Of a DNA stretch of 40,988 nucleotides, positions 27,237-35,838 are shown piece by piece. Origin of the DNA: Synergistaceae bacterium. Lineage in GTDB: Bacteria > Synergistota > Synergistia > Synergistales > Synergistaceae. The notes beneath the pieces were generated by a model. That model saw only the letters and a program-made list of their open reading frames with translations, made no database searches and had not been told where the DNA came from. The DNA is taken from positions 1 through 40,988 of the forward strand of contig JAISLO010000006.1 of the NCBI GenBank assembly GCA_031290815.1. Direction: 5' to 3'. Position 1 is the stretch's first letter. Each line of letters starts with the position of its first letter. The translations under genes and the position numbers were made by a program.

Positions 27237-28034
27237 ATGGCGGGCAAACTCAATTCCATTCTGGTAAACTCGCTTGTGGCGCTCTTCTGCGGCCTTATGA
27301 CGTTGTGGGTGTCGTACGCGTTTCCGGTTGCCGTGAGGTCGATGGCGGACAAAGTAGGGGCCGCCTTGTCATACCCAGAGATGCCGGCACAGGAGCTTCG
27401 AGCCCTGGTGCAGACCATCGGAAACTGGGTGATGGAACGAAAGAGCCTCCAGGACAGAAACAGGGAGCTTGAGATAGAAAACCTCGCACTGCGCGCCGCT
27501 TTGCATGACGCGGCGCTTCCCCGCCCGGCGTCCGCGGCCGATATGATCGGCGCAAGGGTGACGCTGAGATACCCGGAAGCGTGGTGGAAGGAGGTTCGCA
27601 TCAACATGGGATCCTCCCAAGGCGTCAAGGTTGGGGCGCCTGTGCTCTCGGACGGATATATGATCGGGAAGGTCGCCATGGTTGGCGAGGATTATTCGTG
27701 GGTGGAGCTCATCACATCGGCCTCGTTTTTGTTGGCGGCGGTCGTGAACGAGACGTGGGACCTGGGCGTGATAAACGGCGATGACAGGGGAAATATCTGG
27801 CTCCTCTACATGCCGCCGGAGAGGGAGTTCAAGCGTGGGATGATGGTCTCGACCGCGATGGTTGGGGATTATCTGCCGCCGGGAATACCCATAGGCAGGA
27901 TATGGGGAAACGGCGAGACGAGAGATGGCTTCACGCCGCAGAGCGTGGTCTCAGGCGCGCATCTGACGCAGCTCTACAATCTGCAGGTGCTCTTGGTCTT
28001 CGGCGAGACGGAAGCCGGCGGAGCGCGGAATTGA
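27237..28034 (+). CDS. mreC: Rod shape-determining protein MreC
   Basis: 265 aa. N-terminal TM, coiled coil (LQDRNRELEIENLALRAAL), beta-rich C-terminal domain. Sits between mreB and mreD. Confidence 0.88.
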   Translation: MAGKLNSILVNSLVALFCGLMTLWVSYAFPVAVRSMADKVGAALSYPEMPAQELRALVQTIGNWVMERKSLQDRNRELEIENLALRAALHDAALPRPASAADMIGARVTLRYPEAWWKEVRINMGSSQGVKVGAPVLSDGYMIGKVAMVGEDYSWVELITSASFLLAAVVNETWDLGVINGDDRGNIWLLYMPPEREFKRGMMVSTAMVGDYLPPGIPIGRIWGNGETRDGFTPQSVVSGAHLTQLYNLQVLLVFGETEAGGARN

Positions 28035-28501
28035 TCGTGTCAGTCGCCGCCTGGCTGCTGCAGGACCTGCTTCAGGTCCTGACTATGGGCTTCATGCTGG
28101 TGCCGGAATTTTTCATGCTCGTGGTCGTCTACATGACGATATCGGGCCCGCTCGACGAGGGGCGGATATCGTTTTGGCTGTGGTTTGCCTTTGCCGGAGG
28201 AGTCCTGTGGGATCTTAGATGGGCGGCCGTTCCTGGTATGAGCGGACTGATAAACGTTGCGGCGGTCGCCACGGTTTTCTGGGTGTGGAACAGGACGCCG
28301 GCCGGGGGGAGGAGCGCCGTGCTCTTTGCCGGGCTTGCTGGCGGGATTCACTTTCTGTCGGGCATCGCGCACTACTTCTCGTGGGCCGTGCCCAGCCAGG
28401 CCGCCACGAGGATGTTCCTGATCCAGCAGCTGATGTCGGTTCCGGCGCTGGTGCTGCTGTGTTTTGTTTATGCTGTGAGGGTCAGAGATCAGCATGTATA
28501 A
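28031..28501 (+). CDS. mreD: Rod shape-determining protein MreD
   Basis: About 156 aa, polytopic. A TTG at 28031 overlaps the mreC stop (TTGA); a GTG at 28037 is also possible. The ORF-track start at 27902 lies inside mreC and is unlikely. Confidence 0.8.
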   Translation: MIVSVAAWLLQDLLQVLTMGFMLVPEFFMLVVVYMTISGPLDEGRISFWLWFAFAGGVLWDLRWAAVPGMSGLINVAAVATVFWVWNRTPAGGRSAVLFAGLAGGIHFLSGIAHYFSWAVPSQAATRMFLIQQLMSVPALVLLCFVYAVRVRDQHV

Positions 28502-30227
28502 GGCACTCGATCTCTTCGACATCGACCAGCGTCTGATATACGTCCGCAACATCTTCATATTCTCTCTGTCGCTGCTCATCATTGGCCTCGTGTACTTTCA
28601 GCTCGTGAAGGCCGACGAGTACGTCGAGCTCGCGTCGGGGAACAGGCTGAGAATGGTTCGCATCCTCCCGCCGAGGGGCAATATTTACGACGCGAGCGGG
28701 GTTCCTCTGGCCGTCAACGTGAGGACGTTCGATATAAAAGGTTATCCGATGGATCTCCGCAAGGAAGAGGATTTTGAAAGGATTTCGTCGCTGTTTGTCC
28801 GTCATGGAATCCCAATGACGCCGAACGGCTTGAAGGAGAGCGTCGAGAAACAGTACGTGGCGCCGTACAGGGCGGTTTCGGTAGCGACAAACCTGACTCT
28901 GGCCCAGATCGCCGATCTCGTCATGGATTCCGACTTCTCCGAGGCCCTCTTCCCCTCCCCTGTTTGGCGCAGAATCTACCCCGGAGGGGCGCTGGTAGCT
29001 CACGTCATCGGCTACGTCGGAGAGATAACGCGGGACGAGCTGGAGGACCAGAGAGACCTCTACTACCAGGCCGGAGACATCATAGGGAAAAACGGCGTCG
29101 AGGCCATGTACGAGGAGGACCTGCGCGGCGTCGTGGGCGATCAGGTCGTGGAGGTCGATTCGCGCGGGCGAAGGCTGAGGGACGTAAACTATAACGATCC
29201 TCAGAAGGGCGAAGATGTCAGACTGACGCTCGACCTCGCCGCGCAGAGGGAGGCGGCCAGGCTGATGGAGGGCAGGCGCGGCGCGATTGTGGCGATGGAC
29301 GTAAACGACGGTTCCGTGCTCGCGTTTCTGTCGTCTCCGACATTCGACCCCAACCCGCTCACATGGGGGATATCATCGAAGGAGTGGGACGCGCTGAGGG
29401 AGGACAAGGACAAGCCCATGATGAACCGGGTCATAGGCGGCGCTTACCCGCCGGGATCGACCTTCAAGGTTGTCACGGCATCTGCGGTCCTGATGGAGAA
29501 GGTCGCGAACACCCGTTCGACGGTGTTCTGCCCGGGAAATTTTCAGCTCGGCCCCCAGACGTTTCGCTGCTGGAGGCGGAGCGGCCACGGAACGGAGTCG
29601 CTGCTGGGAGCGTTTCGTGACTCGTGCGACGTATACTTCTATCAGATGAGCCTGAAAGTCGGAATAGACAAGCTGACCGAGTGGGGGCAGGAGCTCGGGG
29701 TGGGCGAACGCACGGGAATAGATCTGCCTGGCGAGTCAAGGGGAGTTCGGGCCGGCAGGGAGTGGAAGAGGTCGAGGTTTGGGGAATCATGGTACCAGGG
29801 GGACACTGTGAATTACTCGATAGGCCAGGGGTTTCTGCTGATGACGCCGATGCAGCTGGCCCGCGTGTTCGCGGTATTCGCGAATGGCGGCCGTCTCGTG
29901 ACTCCCAGGCTCAACACCGACAAGACCCCCGAGTCGAAGAAGGTCGGCGTTTCACGCGAGAACGTCGATTTCATCAACAAAAGTCTCCGCGAGGTCGTCG
30001 AAAGGGGCACCGGCAGGGCCGCCGGCGGTTATGGCGCGGCGGTAGCCGGCAAAACCGGCACAGCGCAGAACCCTCATGGGGACGATCACGCGTGGTTTGT
30101 CGGCTACGCGCCGGCATCCAACCCCAGATACGTGGCTGCTGTTCTAGTCGAGGGCGGAGGCTCGGGATCATCGACCGCCGGTCCTCTCGCCGCTCAGATG
30201 TTGTCATATCTGCTGGAGCATGACTAA
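28494..30227 (+). CDS. mrdA: Penicillin-binding protein 2 (elongasome transpeptidase)
   Basis: 577 aa. TM anchor, RGNIYDASGVPLA, active-site GSTFKVVTA (SxxK), SCD (SxD), KTGTAQ. Overlaps mreD by 8 nt. Confidence 0.93.
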   Translation: MYKALDLFDIDQRLIYVRNIFIFSLSLLIIGLVYFQLVKADEYVELASGNRLRMVRILPPRGNIYDASGVPLAVNVRTFDIKGYPMDLRKEEDFERISSLFVRHGIPMTPNGLKESVEKQYVAPYRAVSVATNLTLAQIADLVMDSDFSEALFPSPVWRRIYPGGALVAHVIGYVGEITRDELEDQRDLYYQAGDIIGKNGVEAMYEEDLRGVVGDQVVEVDSRGRRLRDVNYNDPQKGEDVRLTLDLAAQREAARLMEGRRGAIVAMDVNDGSVLAFLSSPTFDPNPLTWGISSKEWDALREDKDKPMMNRVIGGAYPPGSTFKVVTASAVLMEKVANTRSTVFCPGNFQLGPQTFRCWRRSGHGTESLLGAFRDSCDVYFYQMSLKVGIDKLTEWGQELGVGERTGIDLPGESRGVRAGREWKRSRFGESWYQGDTVNYSIGQGFLLMTPMQLARVFAVFANGGRLVTPRLNTDKTPESKKVGVSRENVDFINKSLREVVERGTGRAAGGYGAAVAGKTGTAQNPHGDDHAWFVGYAPASNPRYVAAVLVEGGGSGSSTAGPLAAQMLSYLLEHD

Positions 30228-30296
30228 TCACTGATCGATCATTTATGATATATTTATCGTGATGTTGAATCATAATTTGTTTAAGGGGGCGGCGTT

Positions 30297-30992
30297 TTGA
30301 TAAAGATCAAGGGTACGGCCGATTCCATGATGAGGTGCATCATCCCCGAGGACATGCCTTCCGATGAGATGCCCGCCGCGCTGTGCGACGTCAGGATCAG
30401 AGGACAACATATACTTGAGGGCGCCGAGATCATCCTGGATTTAGGGGCGAGAAAACTTGACGAGAAACTCGTGTCCTCGATCATGACGGATTTCGTGTGG
30501 TCCTCTGGGGCTCAGGTTGTGGCGTGGATTACGTATGACGCGGCATCTCAGGGCAACTTGAAGAGGATCGGGCTTTCTACATCCGAACCGGTCCCTTCAT
30601 ACGCGAAATCGCAGGGCATAAGGCCGTCGCTCGTGTTGGAGAGGTCACTCCGCAGCGGACAACGCGTCGAGCACCGCGGGGATGTGGTGATCGACGGACA
30701 TGTCAACGACGGCGCCGAGGTGTTGTCGTCCGGCAACATTACGATTCTCGGGCGTCTGAGCGGCCTTGTGCACGCCGGATATGAGGGCGACGAGAGCGCG
30801 ATAGTCATAGCCAGATCAATGGAGGCCATGCAGGTGCGCATAGGCGGCAGAATAGGTTCCCTCGAGCGAGGAGCGCAGTGGTGGGGCAAGATGGTCACCG
30901 TGCGCGTGGACGAGGGTTCTGTGCTGATAGATTATTGGCCCGCATTGAAGGGCGAAAGAGGAGAAGACTTCGCCCAGTTGGAGTCGTCATGA
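30297..30992 (+). CDS. minC: Septum site-determining protein MinC
   Basis: 231 aa. C-terminal beta-helix repeat RSGQRVEHRGDVVIDGHVNDGAEVLSSGNITILGRLSGLVHAG. TTG start after SD AAGGGGG. Confidence 0.88.
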   Translation: MIKIKGTADSMMRCIIPEDMPSDEMPAALCDVRIRGQHILEGAEIILDLGARKLDEKLVSSIMTDFVWSSGAQVVAWITYDAASQGNLKRIGLSTSEPVPSYAKSQGIRPSLVLERSLRSGQRVEHRGDVVIDGHVNDGAEVLSSGNITILGRLSGLVHAGYEGDESAIVIARSMEAMQVRIGGRIGSLERGAQWWGKMVTVRVDEGSVLIDYWPALKGERGEDFAQLESS

Positions 30993-31111
30993 TGGAACGG
31001 CTGATTGAATCGGCAGGACGACACTCAGCCGTTTTAAATGATGCCTCCGTCAGGGTTTTATTCCGATTTGAAGTCAACAGTTATTTTCTGTTTTATCGAG
31101 GAGGAGTTTAA

Positions 31112-31915
31112 ATGGAGTCGCGAGTGATCGTAGTGACCTCTGGCAAGGGAGGTGTGGGAAAGACGACGACGACGGCGAACCTCGCCGCGGCGCTTGCTCG
31201 CATGGGAAAAAAGGTCGTCGCGATAGACGGGGATGTTGGGCTCAGGAATCTCGACGTTATAATGGGACTCGAGAATCGCATTGTCTATACTCTGATAGAC
31301 GCGATCGATGGGGCTTGCCGTCTCAAACAGGCGCTGATCAAGGACAAGAGGATCGAAAACCTCTCCATGATCCCGACCGCGCAGAGCAAGACGAAGGATG
31401 CCGTGACTGCCGATCAGATGATAAAGGTCTGCGACGAGCTGAGAGCCGACTTCGATTACATCCTCGTGGACAGTCCGGCGGGCATCGAGGCCGGTTTTAA
31501 AAACGCGGCGGCCGGGGCCGACGAGGCCTTGGTCGTCACGACGCCCGAGGTGTCGGCCGTAAGGGACGCCGACAGGATAATAGGCCTTCTGGAGTCGATG
31601 GAGAAGTCCCCGATACGCCTGATAGTGAACAGGATAAAGCCTCACATGGTGAAGAAGGGCGATATGCTCGGGGTCTCCGACGTGCTGGATATACTGGCGA
31701 TCGACCTGATCGGAATGGTGCCCGACGACGAAAGCGTGGTCAGGAGCGCAAACACGGGAGAGCCGCTGACGATGTCCAGCGATTCCCCGGCAGCGCGGGC
31801 TTTCAAGAACATAGCTTCGAGGCTGGTTGGCAACGACGTCCCGTTCATGTCATTGGAATCGGCTGACGCTAGTGGCGGTCTGTTAGGCAAGCTGAAGCGG
31901 GCCTTAGGTCTGTAG
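31112..31915 (+). CDS. minD: Septum site-determining ATPase MinD
   Basis: 267 aa. Deviant Walker A SGKGGVGKTT and a C-terminal amphipathic helix GLLGKLKRALGL. Confidence 0.97.
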   Translation: MESRVIVVTSGKGGVGKTTTTANLAAALARMGKKVVAIDGDVGLRNLDVIMGLENRIVYTLIDAIDGACRLKQALIKDKRIENLSMIPTAQSKTKDAVTADQMIKVCDELRADFDYILVDSPAGIEAGFKNAAAGADEALVVTTPEVSAVRDADRIIGLLESMEKSPIRLIVNRIKPHMVKKGDMLGVSDVLDILAIDLIGMVPDDESVVRSANTGEPLTMSSDSPAARAFKNIASRLVGNDVPFMSLESADASGGLLGKLKRALGL

Positions 31916-31930
31916 GATGAGGGGAGAAGG

Positions 31931-32203
31931 ATGATGAGCCTGTTTTCGAGATTTTTCGGCAAAGAAGAGGGTTCCGGAAAGACCGCAAAGGACAGAATAA
32001 TCATGGTTCTGATGCAGGACCGCGCCGACATCTCCCCGGAGTTGATGGAGAATATGAAGCGTGACATAATAGCGGTCATAAAGAACTATGTGGATATAGA
32101 CGAGGAACGCATCGAGCTGGATCTCGAAAAGGAGAACACATCAGTCGCTCTGGTGGCTAACATTCCGGTGCTGACAGTTCGCAGACGCAAGAGGAGAGTT
32201 TAG
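31931..32203 (+). CDS. minE: Cell division topological specificity factor MinE
   Basis: 90 aa. SLFSRFFGKEEGSGKTAKDRIIMVLMQDRADISPELMENMKRDIIAVIKNYV. Confidence 0.93.
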   Translation: MMSLFSRFFGKEEGSGKTAKDRIIMVLMQDRADISPELMENMKRDIIAVIKNYVDIDEERIELDLEKENTSVALVANIPVLTVRRRKRRV

Positions 32204-32209
32204 TACGAA

Positions 32210-33340
32210 ATGGTGTTTGAATCAACTTACGGTTGGGGCGAGATTCGCATGGGACTCGATCGGATCATGCTGACCGCCGTTTTGTGTCTGTTCGCGCTGG
32301 GCCTCATATCCATATTCAGCGCTGGCGTCGGAGTCATGTCGTCGAACGCGACGAACGTTTTGAAACAGGCCGTCTGGGGGGTCTTCAGCGCCGTAGTGTA
32401 CGTCGTCATCCTGCGAATCGGATATCAGAACTTCGTGCGCGCAGGCTACTGGATTTATGGCGGCAGCATCGTGATGCTCGTGGTGCTCTTGCTGACTGGT
32501 TCTGCGTCGCGCGGTGCCGTCAGCTGGTTTCGCATCGGTTCGGTCGGGTTTCAGCCGTCGGAGCTCGGAAAGGTCGCGCTCATTCTCGCGATGTCGCGCT
32601 TCTGCTCGCGTTACCCTCCAGACACGCTGAAAAGGCTTGTGATCTCCCTTCTCATTACAGGAGTGAGCGTCGGTTTGATATTGCTGCAGCCAGATCTTGG
32701 CAGCTCGCTCGTCTACTGCGCCATAATATTCGCCATTCTCACGGTGGCGGGAGCGCCGGGCAAGTATCTCGGAGGACTCGTGCTGGCGGGGGTGTTTGCC
32801 GTGCCTTTTTTCTGGCAGACACTGAAGGAGTATCAGAGACTCCGCCTCAAGGTATTCCTCGATCCCTACATCGATCCTCAGGGCGCGGGCTACAATGTCA
32901 TTCAATCGAGGATAGCCGTGGGATCGGGCGGGCTTTGGGGGAAGGGGTTTCTTCGCGGAACCCAGGGGCGGCTGCACTTTCTTCCGGAGCCGCATACGGA
33001 TTTTATATTCAGCGTCTATGCGGAGGAATTTGGCTTTATCGGAGCGGTGATCGTCATCGTTCTCTTTTCCGTCCTCTTCTGGCGGATACTTCGCGCCGCG
33101 TTTCGCACGAAGGACATCAGGGCAAAGCTGATCTGCGTCGGCGTAGTGGCTTGGACGTGGTTTCAGGTGATGGAGAGCGTCGCGATGAGCATGGGATTGG
33201 CTCCGATAACTGGCCTTCCCTTACCCTTGTTCAGCTACGGGGGAAGCTCCCTCCTGATGACAGCCGTGGGGCTTGCGCTCGCGCAGAGCGTGGCCATTTC
33301 TCCGGTGCGCGGAAAATTGACCATGGTCGTGTCCCAATGA
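32210..33340 (+). CDS. rodA: SEDS-family peptidoglycan polymerase RodA (FtsW/RodA family)
   Basis: 376 aa, about 10 TM. QPSELGKVALIL, LLQPDLGSSL, HTDFIFSVYAEEFGFIG, LPLPLFSYGGSSLL. Genomic context is mre/mrdA. Confidence 0.92.
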   Translation: MVFESTYGWGEIRMGLDRIMLTAVLCLFALGLISIFSAGVGVMSSNATNVLKQAVWGVFSAVVYVVILRIGYQNFVRAGYWIYGGSIVMLVVLLLTGSASRGAVSWFRIGSVGFQPSELGKVALILAMSRFCSRYPPDTLKRLVISLLITGVSVGLILLQPDLGSSLVYCAIIFAILTVAGAPGKYLGGLVLAGVFAVPFFWQTLKEYQRLRLKVFLDPYIDPQGAGYNVIQSRIAVGSGGLWGKGFLRGTQGRLHFLPEPHTDFIFSVYAEEFGFIGAVIVIVLFSVLFWRILRAAFRTKDIRAKLICVGVVAWTWFQVMESVAMSMGLAPITGLPLPLFSYGGSSLLMTAVGLALAQSVAISPVRGKLTMVVSQ

Positions 33341-33359
33341 CGCCCCGCGGCAAGACAAG

Positions 33360-35147
33360 ATGAAAAGGGAGATTCCCGCCGGCTATTGGTCATTGCTGTC
33401 CATGGTCAAGCGCCCCGGAAGATACTCCGGCGGCGAGTGGGGCAGCATGGCGATCGAGGACGACGGCCGGGATGAAAAGAAGGTCCGCATCTGCCTGGCC
33501 TTCCCGGACGTGTACGAGGTGGGCATGAGCTACCTCGGGTTTCAAATACTGTACTCGCTGATCGGGACGCTCGGCTACGCGCGGGCGGAACGCGCTTACT
33601 GTCCGTGGATCGACATGGAGGCCGCGATGAGGGAAGCCGGTCTGCCTCTTTGCTCGCTCGAGACGGGCCGTCCTCTGTGTGACTTCGACGCCGTCGGATT
33701 TACCCTCCAGTACGAGCTGTGCAGCACGAACATCTTGACTATGCTGGACCTGGGACGCGTGCCTATCCGATCGTCAGAGCGGGGGGATGCCGACCCCATC
33801 GTGATCGGCGGAGGGTGCGGCGCGCTTGCCCCTGCCCCGCTCGAAATTTTCTTCGACGCGTTTTGCATTGGCGACGGGGAGGACTCGACGCCGGAAATTC
33901 TGACCGCTCTGCTCGAGACCAGGGGACGGCCCAGGTATGAGAGGCTGCTGGCGGTGTCCGCAGTCCGAGGGGTTTACGTCCCGGGACTGAGCGCTGTTCC
34001 GGCGCGGCGCAGGATCGTGGAAAATTTGGACGAAGGCTTTCTCCACAGGACCATGATAGTCCCGAATATGGGCGTGATTCACGACAGGGCTGTCGTTCAG
34101 GTGCAGCGGGGCTGCACTAGGGGATGCCGTTTCTGCCAGGCCGGAATCATAGACAGGCCGGTGCGCGAACGCGGTTTGGAGTCCGTGGCGCGGCAGATAG
34201 AGGACCTCCTGAGCTTCACCGGATGGGAGGAGGTCGGTCTCCTTTCTCTGTCAACGTGTGCCTGGACGCCGCTCGCCGGTCTGCTCGAATACATTGCTCC
34301 GCTCCTGGACCGGAATGGTATAAAGCTGAGCCTTCCCAGTCTCAGGATGGATTCGTTTTCGATCGAACTCGCGGCTAAACTAGAGGAGATGAGGCGCGGA
34401 GGCCTGACCTTCGCTCCGGAGGCCGGAAGCGGCAGGCTGCGCGCCGTGATCAACAAGAGCGTCACTGAACATGATATCGAGTCCGCCCTGGACGCCGTGT
34501 TCGAACACGGATGGGACAGGGTGAAGCTGTACTTCATGATGGGCCTTCCCACCGAGACATTTCAGGACCTGGACGGGATAGCGGATATAGCCTTTGAAGC
34601 CGCGGCCGCTGCGAGGCGGCATAAGCGGCGCGGCAACATCTCAGTCTCGCTCGCCGGGTTTGTCCCCAAGGCTCACACTCCGTTTCAATGGGAGGCGCAG
34701 ATATCGAGGGACGAGCTTAGGGAGCGGGGCCGGTATGTAAAGGGCAGAGTTCGGAACGGCAGGATCTCGCTGTCCTATCACGAGCCGAATCAGACGTTTC
34801 TGGAGGGAGTGTACGCCAGGGGGGATGGGAGGCTGGGGGAGGCCACTCTGGAGGCCTGGCGCAGAGGCGCGCGGTTTGACGGCTGGACGGAGTGTTTCAA
34901 CGCGAACCTCTGGACGGAGGTGTTCAGCGATTTGGACATCGATCCCGACTGGTATGCGTCGAGGCCTCGCGAGATCGACGAGCCGCTGCCGTGGGACATG
35001 ATCGACGTCGGAGTGACGAAGAAATTCCTCGCTTCCGAGAGGGCCGCTGCGCTCCGCGGCGAGACGACGGACGACTGCCGTCACGCCGGCTGCAACGGGT
35101 GCGGATGGCAGGGATGCGCGGAAGCGTGCCGAAATGCGCTGGGTTAA
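33360..35147 (+). CDS. Radical SAM protein with an N-terminal B12-binding-like domain (TIGR03960-type)
   Basis: 595 aa. N-terminal KRPGRYSGGEWG, radical-SAM cluster motif RGCTRGCRFCQAG (CxxxCxxC), C-terminal Cys-rich tail CRHAGCNGCGWQGC. Confidence 0.88.
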   Translation: MKREIPAGYWSLLSMVKRPGRYSGGEWGSMAIEDDGRDEKKVRICLAFPDVYEVGMSYLGFQILYSLIGTLGYARAERAYCPWIDMEAAMREAGLPLCSLETGRPLCDFDAVGFTLQYELCSTNILTMLDLGRVPIRSSERGDADPIVIGGGCGALAPAPLEIFFDAFCIGDGEDSTPEILTALLETRGRPRYERLLAVSAVRGVYVPGLSAVPARRRIVENLDEGFLHRTMIVPNMGVIHDRAVVQVQRGCTRGCRFCQAGIIDRPVRERGLESVARQIEDLLSFTGWEEVGLLSLSTCAWTPLAGLLEYIAPLLDRNGIKLSLPSLRMDSFSIELAAKLEEMRRGGLTFAPEAGSGRLRAVINKSVTEHDIESALDAVFEHGWDRVKLYFMMGLPTETFQDLDGIADIAFEAAAAARRHKRRGNISVSLAGFVPKAHTPFQWEAQISRDELRERGRYVKGRVRNGRISLSYHEPNQTFLEGVYARGDGRLGEATLEAWRRGARFDGWTECFNANLWTEVFSDLDIDPDWYASRPREIDEPLPWDMIDVGVTKKFLASERAAALRGETTDDCRHAGCNGCGWQGCAEACRNALG

Positions 35148-35211
35148 ATCTTCGCGCCGAGGCGGGTTTTTGTCCCCTCGCCTGGCCGCGATCGCGGCAA
35201 TGAGGTTCTGA

Positions 35212-35838
35212 ATGTCCAGGATAAGGATACACTTTTCTAAAACGGGATACGCGTGTTTCATATCCCACATCGATCTTCCGATGCTCTTCGGGCGCGCCGC
35301 GCGCCGCGCCGGTCTCGCCACGGAGTTCACTCAGGGTTTTTCACCCCATCCAAAGCTCGCGCTTGGCCCTCCTCTGCCTGTGGGCGTCTCCGCCCTCAGG
35401 GAACCGGCAGAGTTCTGGTTCTCGCTGTGGAACGATGATCTGTCGGAACGCTGGAGGCTGAATCTGCCGGACGGCATCGATATTATCGGCGCGTGCGAGA
35501 CGGACGGGCCGTCGCTCAACAAGCTCTGTTCGGCGGCCGAGTATCTGATAAGGCCGGTTTGCGGCGCGAGCCCCCGGGAGATCGCGGATGTCCTGGGGCC
35601 GCTGCTCGAAGGGCACGGCGCCCTGTACGACATCTCGGAGCGGGACGGCGGCCTGTCGGTCTCGTCTGGAGATCTCGAACGGAGCGGGGTATCGTTCATG
35701 GTGAAGGGGCTGGTATCATCGGGGGTCAAACCCGGCTGGCGCGGGCTCAGACTATCGAGGATGGCGGTCGGCGGCTGGAGCGCGGAGGAACACAGGGTCA
35801 TACCTTTGACGGAGGTCTTTTGGCATGAGCAGAAGTGA
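35212..35838 (+). CDS. Radical-SAM-associated protein (TIGR03936/DUF2344-type)
   Basis: 208 aa. RIRIHFSKTGYACFISHIDLPMLFGRAARRAGL..TQGFSPHPKLALGPPLPVG is typical of the partner protein that is fused or adjacent to TIGR03960 enzymes. Confidence 0.8.
   Translation: MSRIRIHFSKTGYACFISHIDLPMLFGRAARRAGLATEFTQGFSPHPKLALGPPLPVGVSALREPAEFWFSLWNDDLSERWRLNLPDGIDIIGACETDGPSLNKLCSAAEYLIRPVCGASPREIADVLGPLLEGHGALYDISERDGGLSVSSGDLERSGVSFMVKGLVSSGVKPGWRGLRLSRMAVGGWSAEEHRVIPLTEVFWHEQK

Noticed and set aside
27902-28030. N-terminal 43-codon extension of the mreD ORF as given in the track
   Set aside because: It lies entirely inside mreC in another frame and is Arg-rich. The TTG at 28031 and the GTG at 28037 fit the usual mreC/mreD junction.
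32233-33363. 376-aa alternative plus-frame ORF co-extensive with rodA
   Set aside because: The +2 frame gives an Arg/Gly/Ser-rich non-membrane sequence. The 32210 frame carries the SEDS motifs and TM helices.
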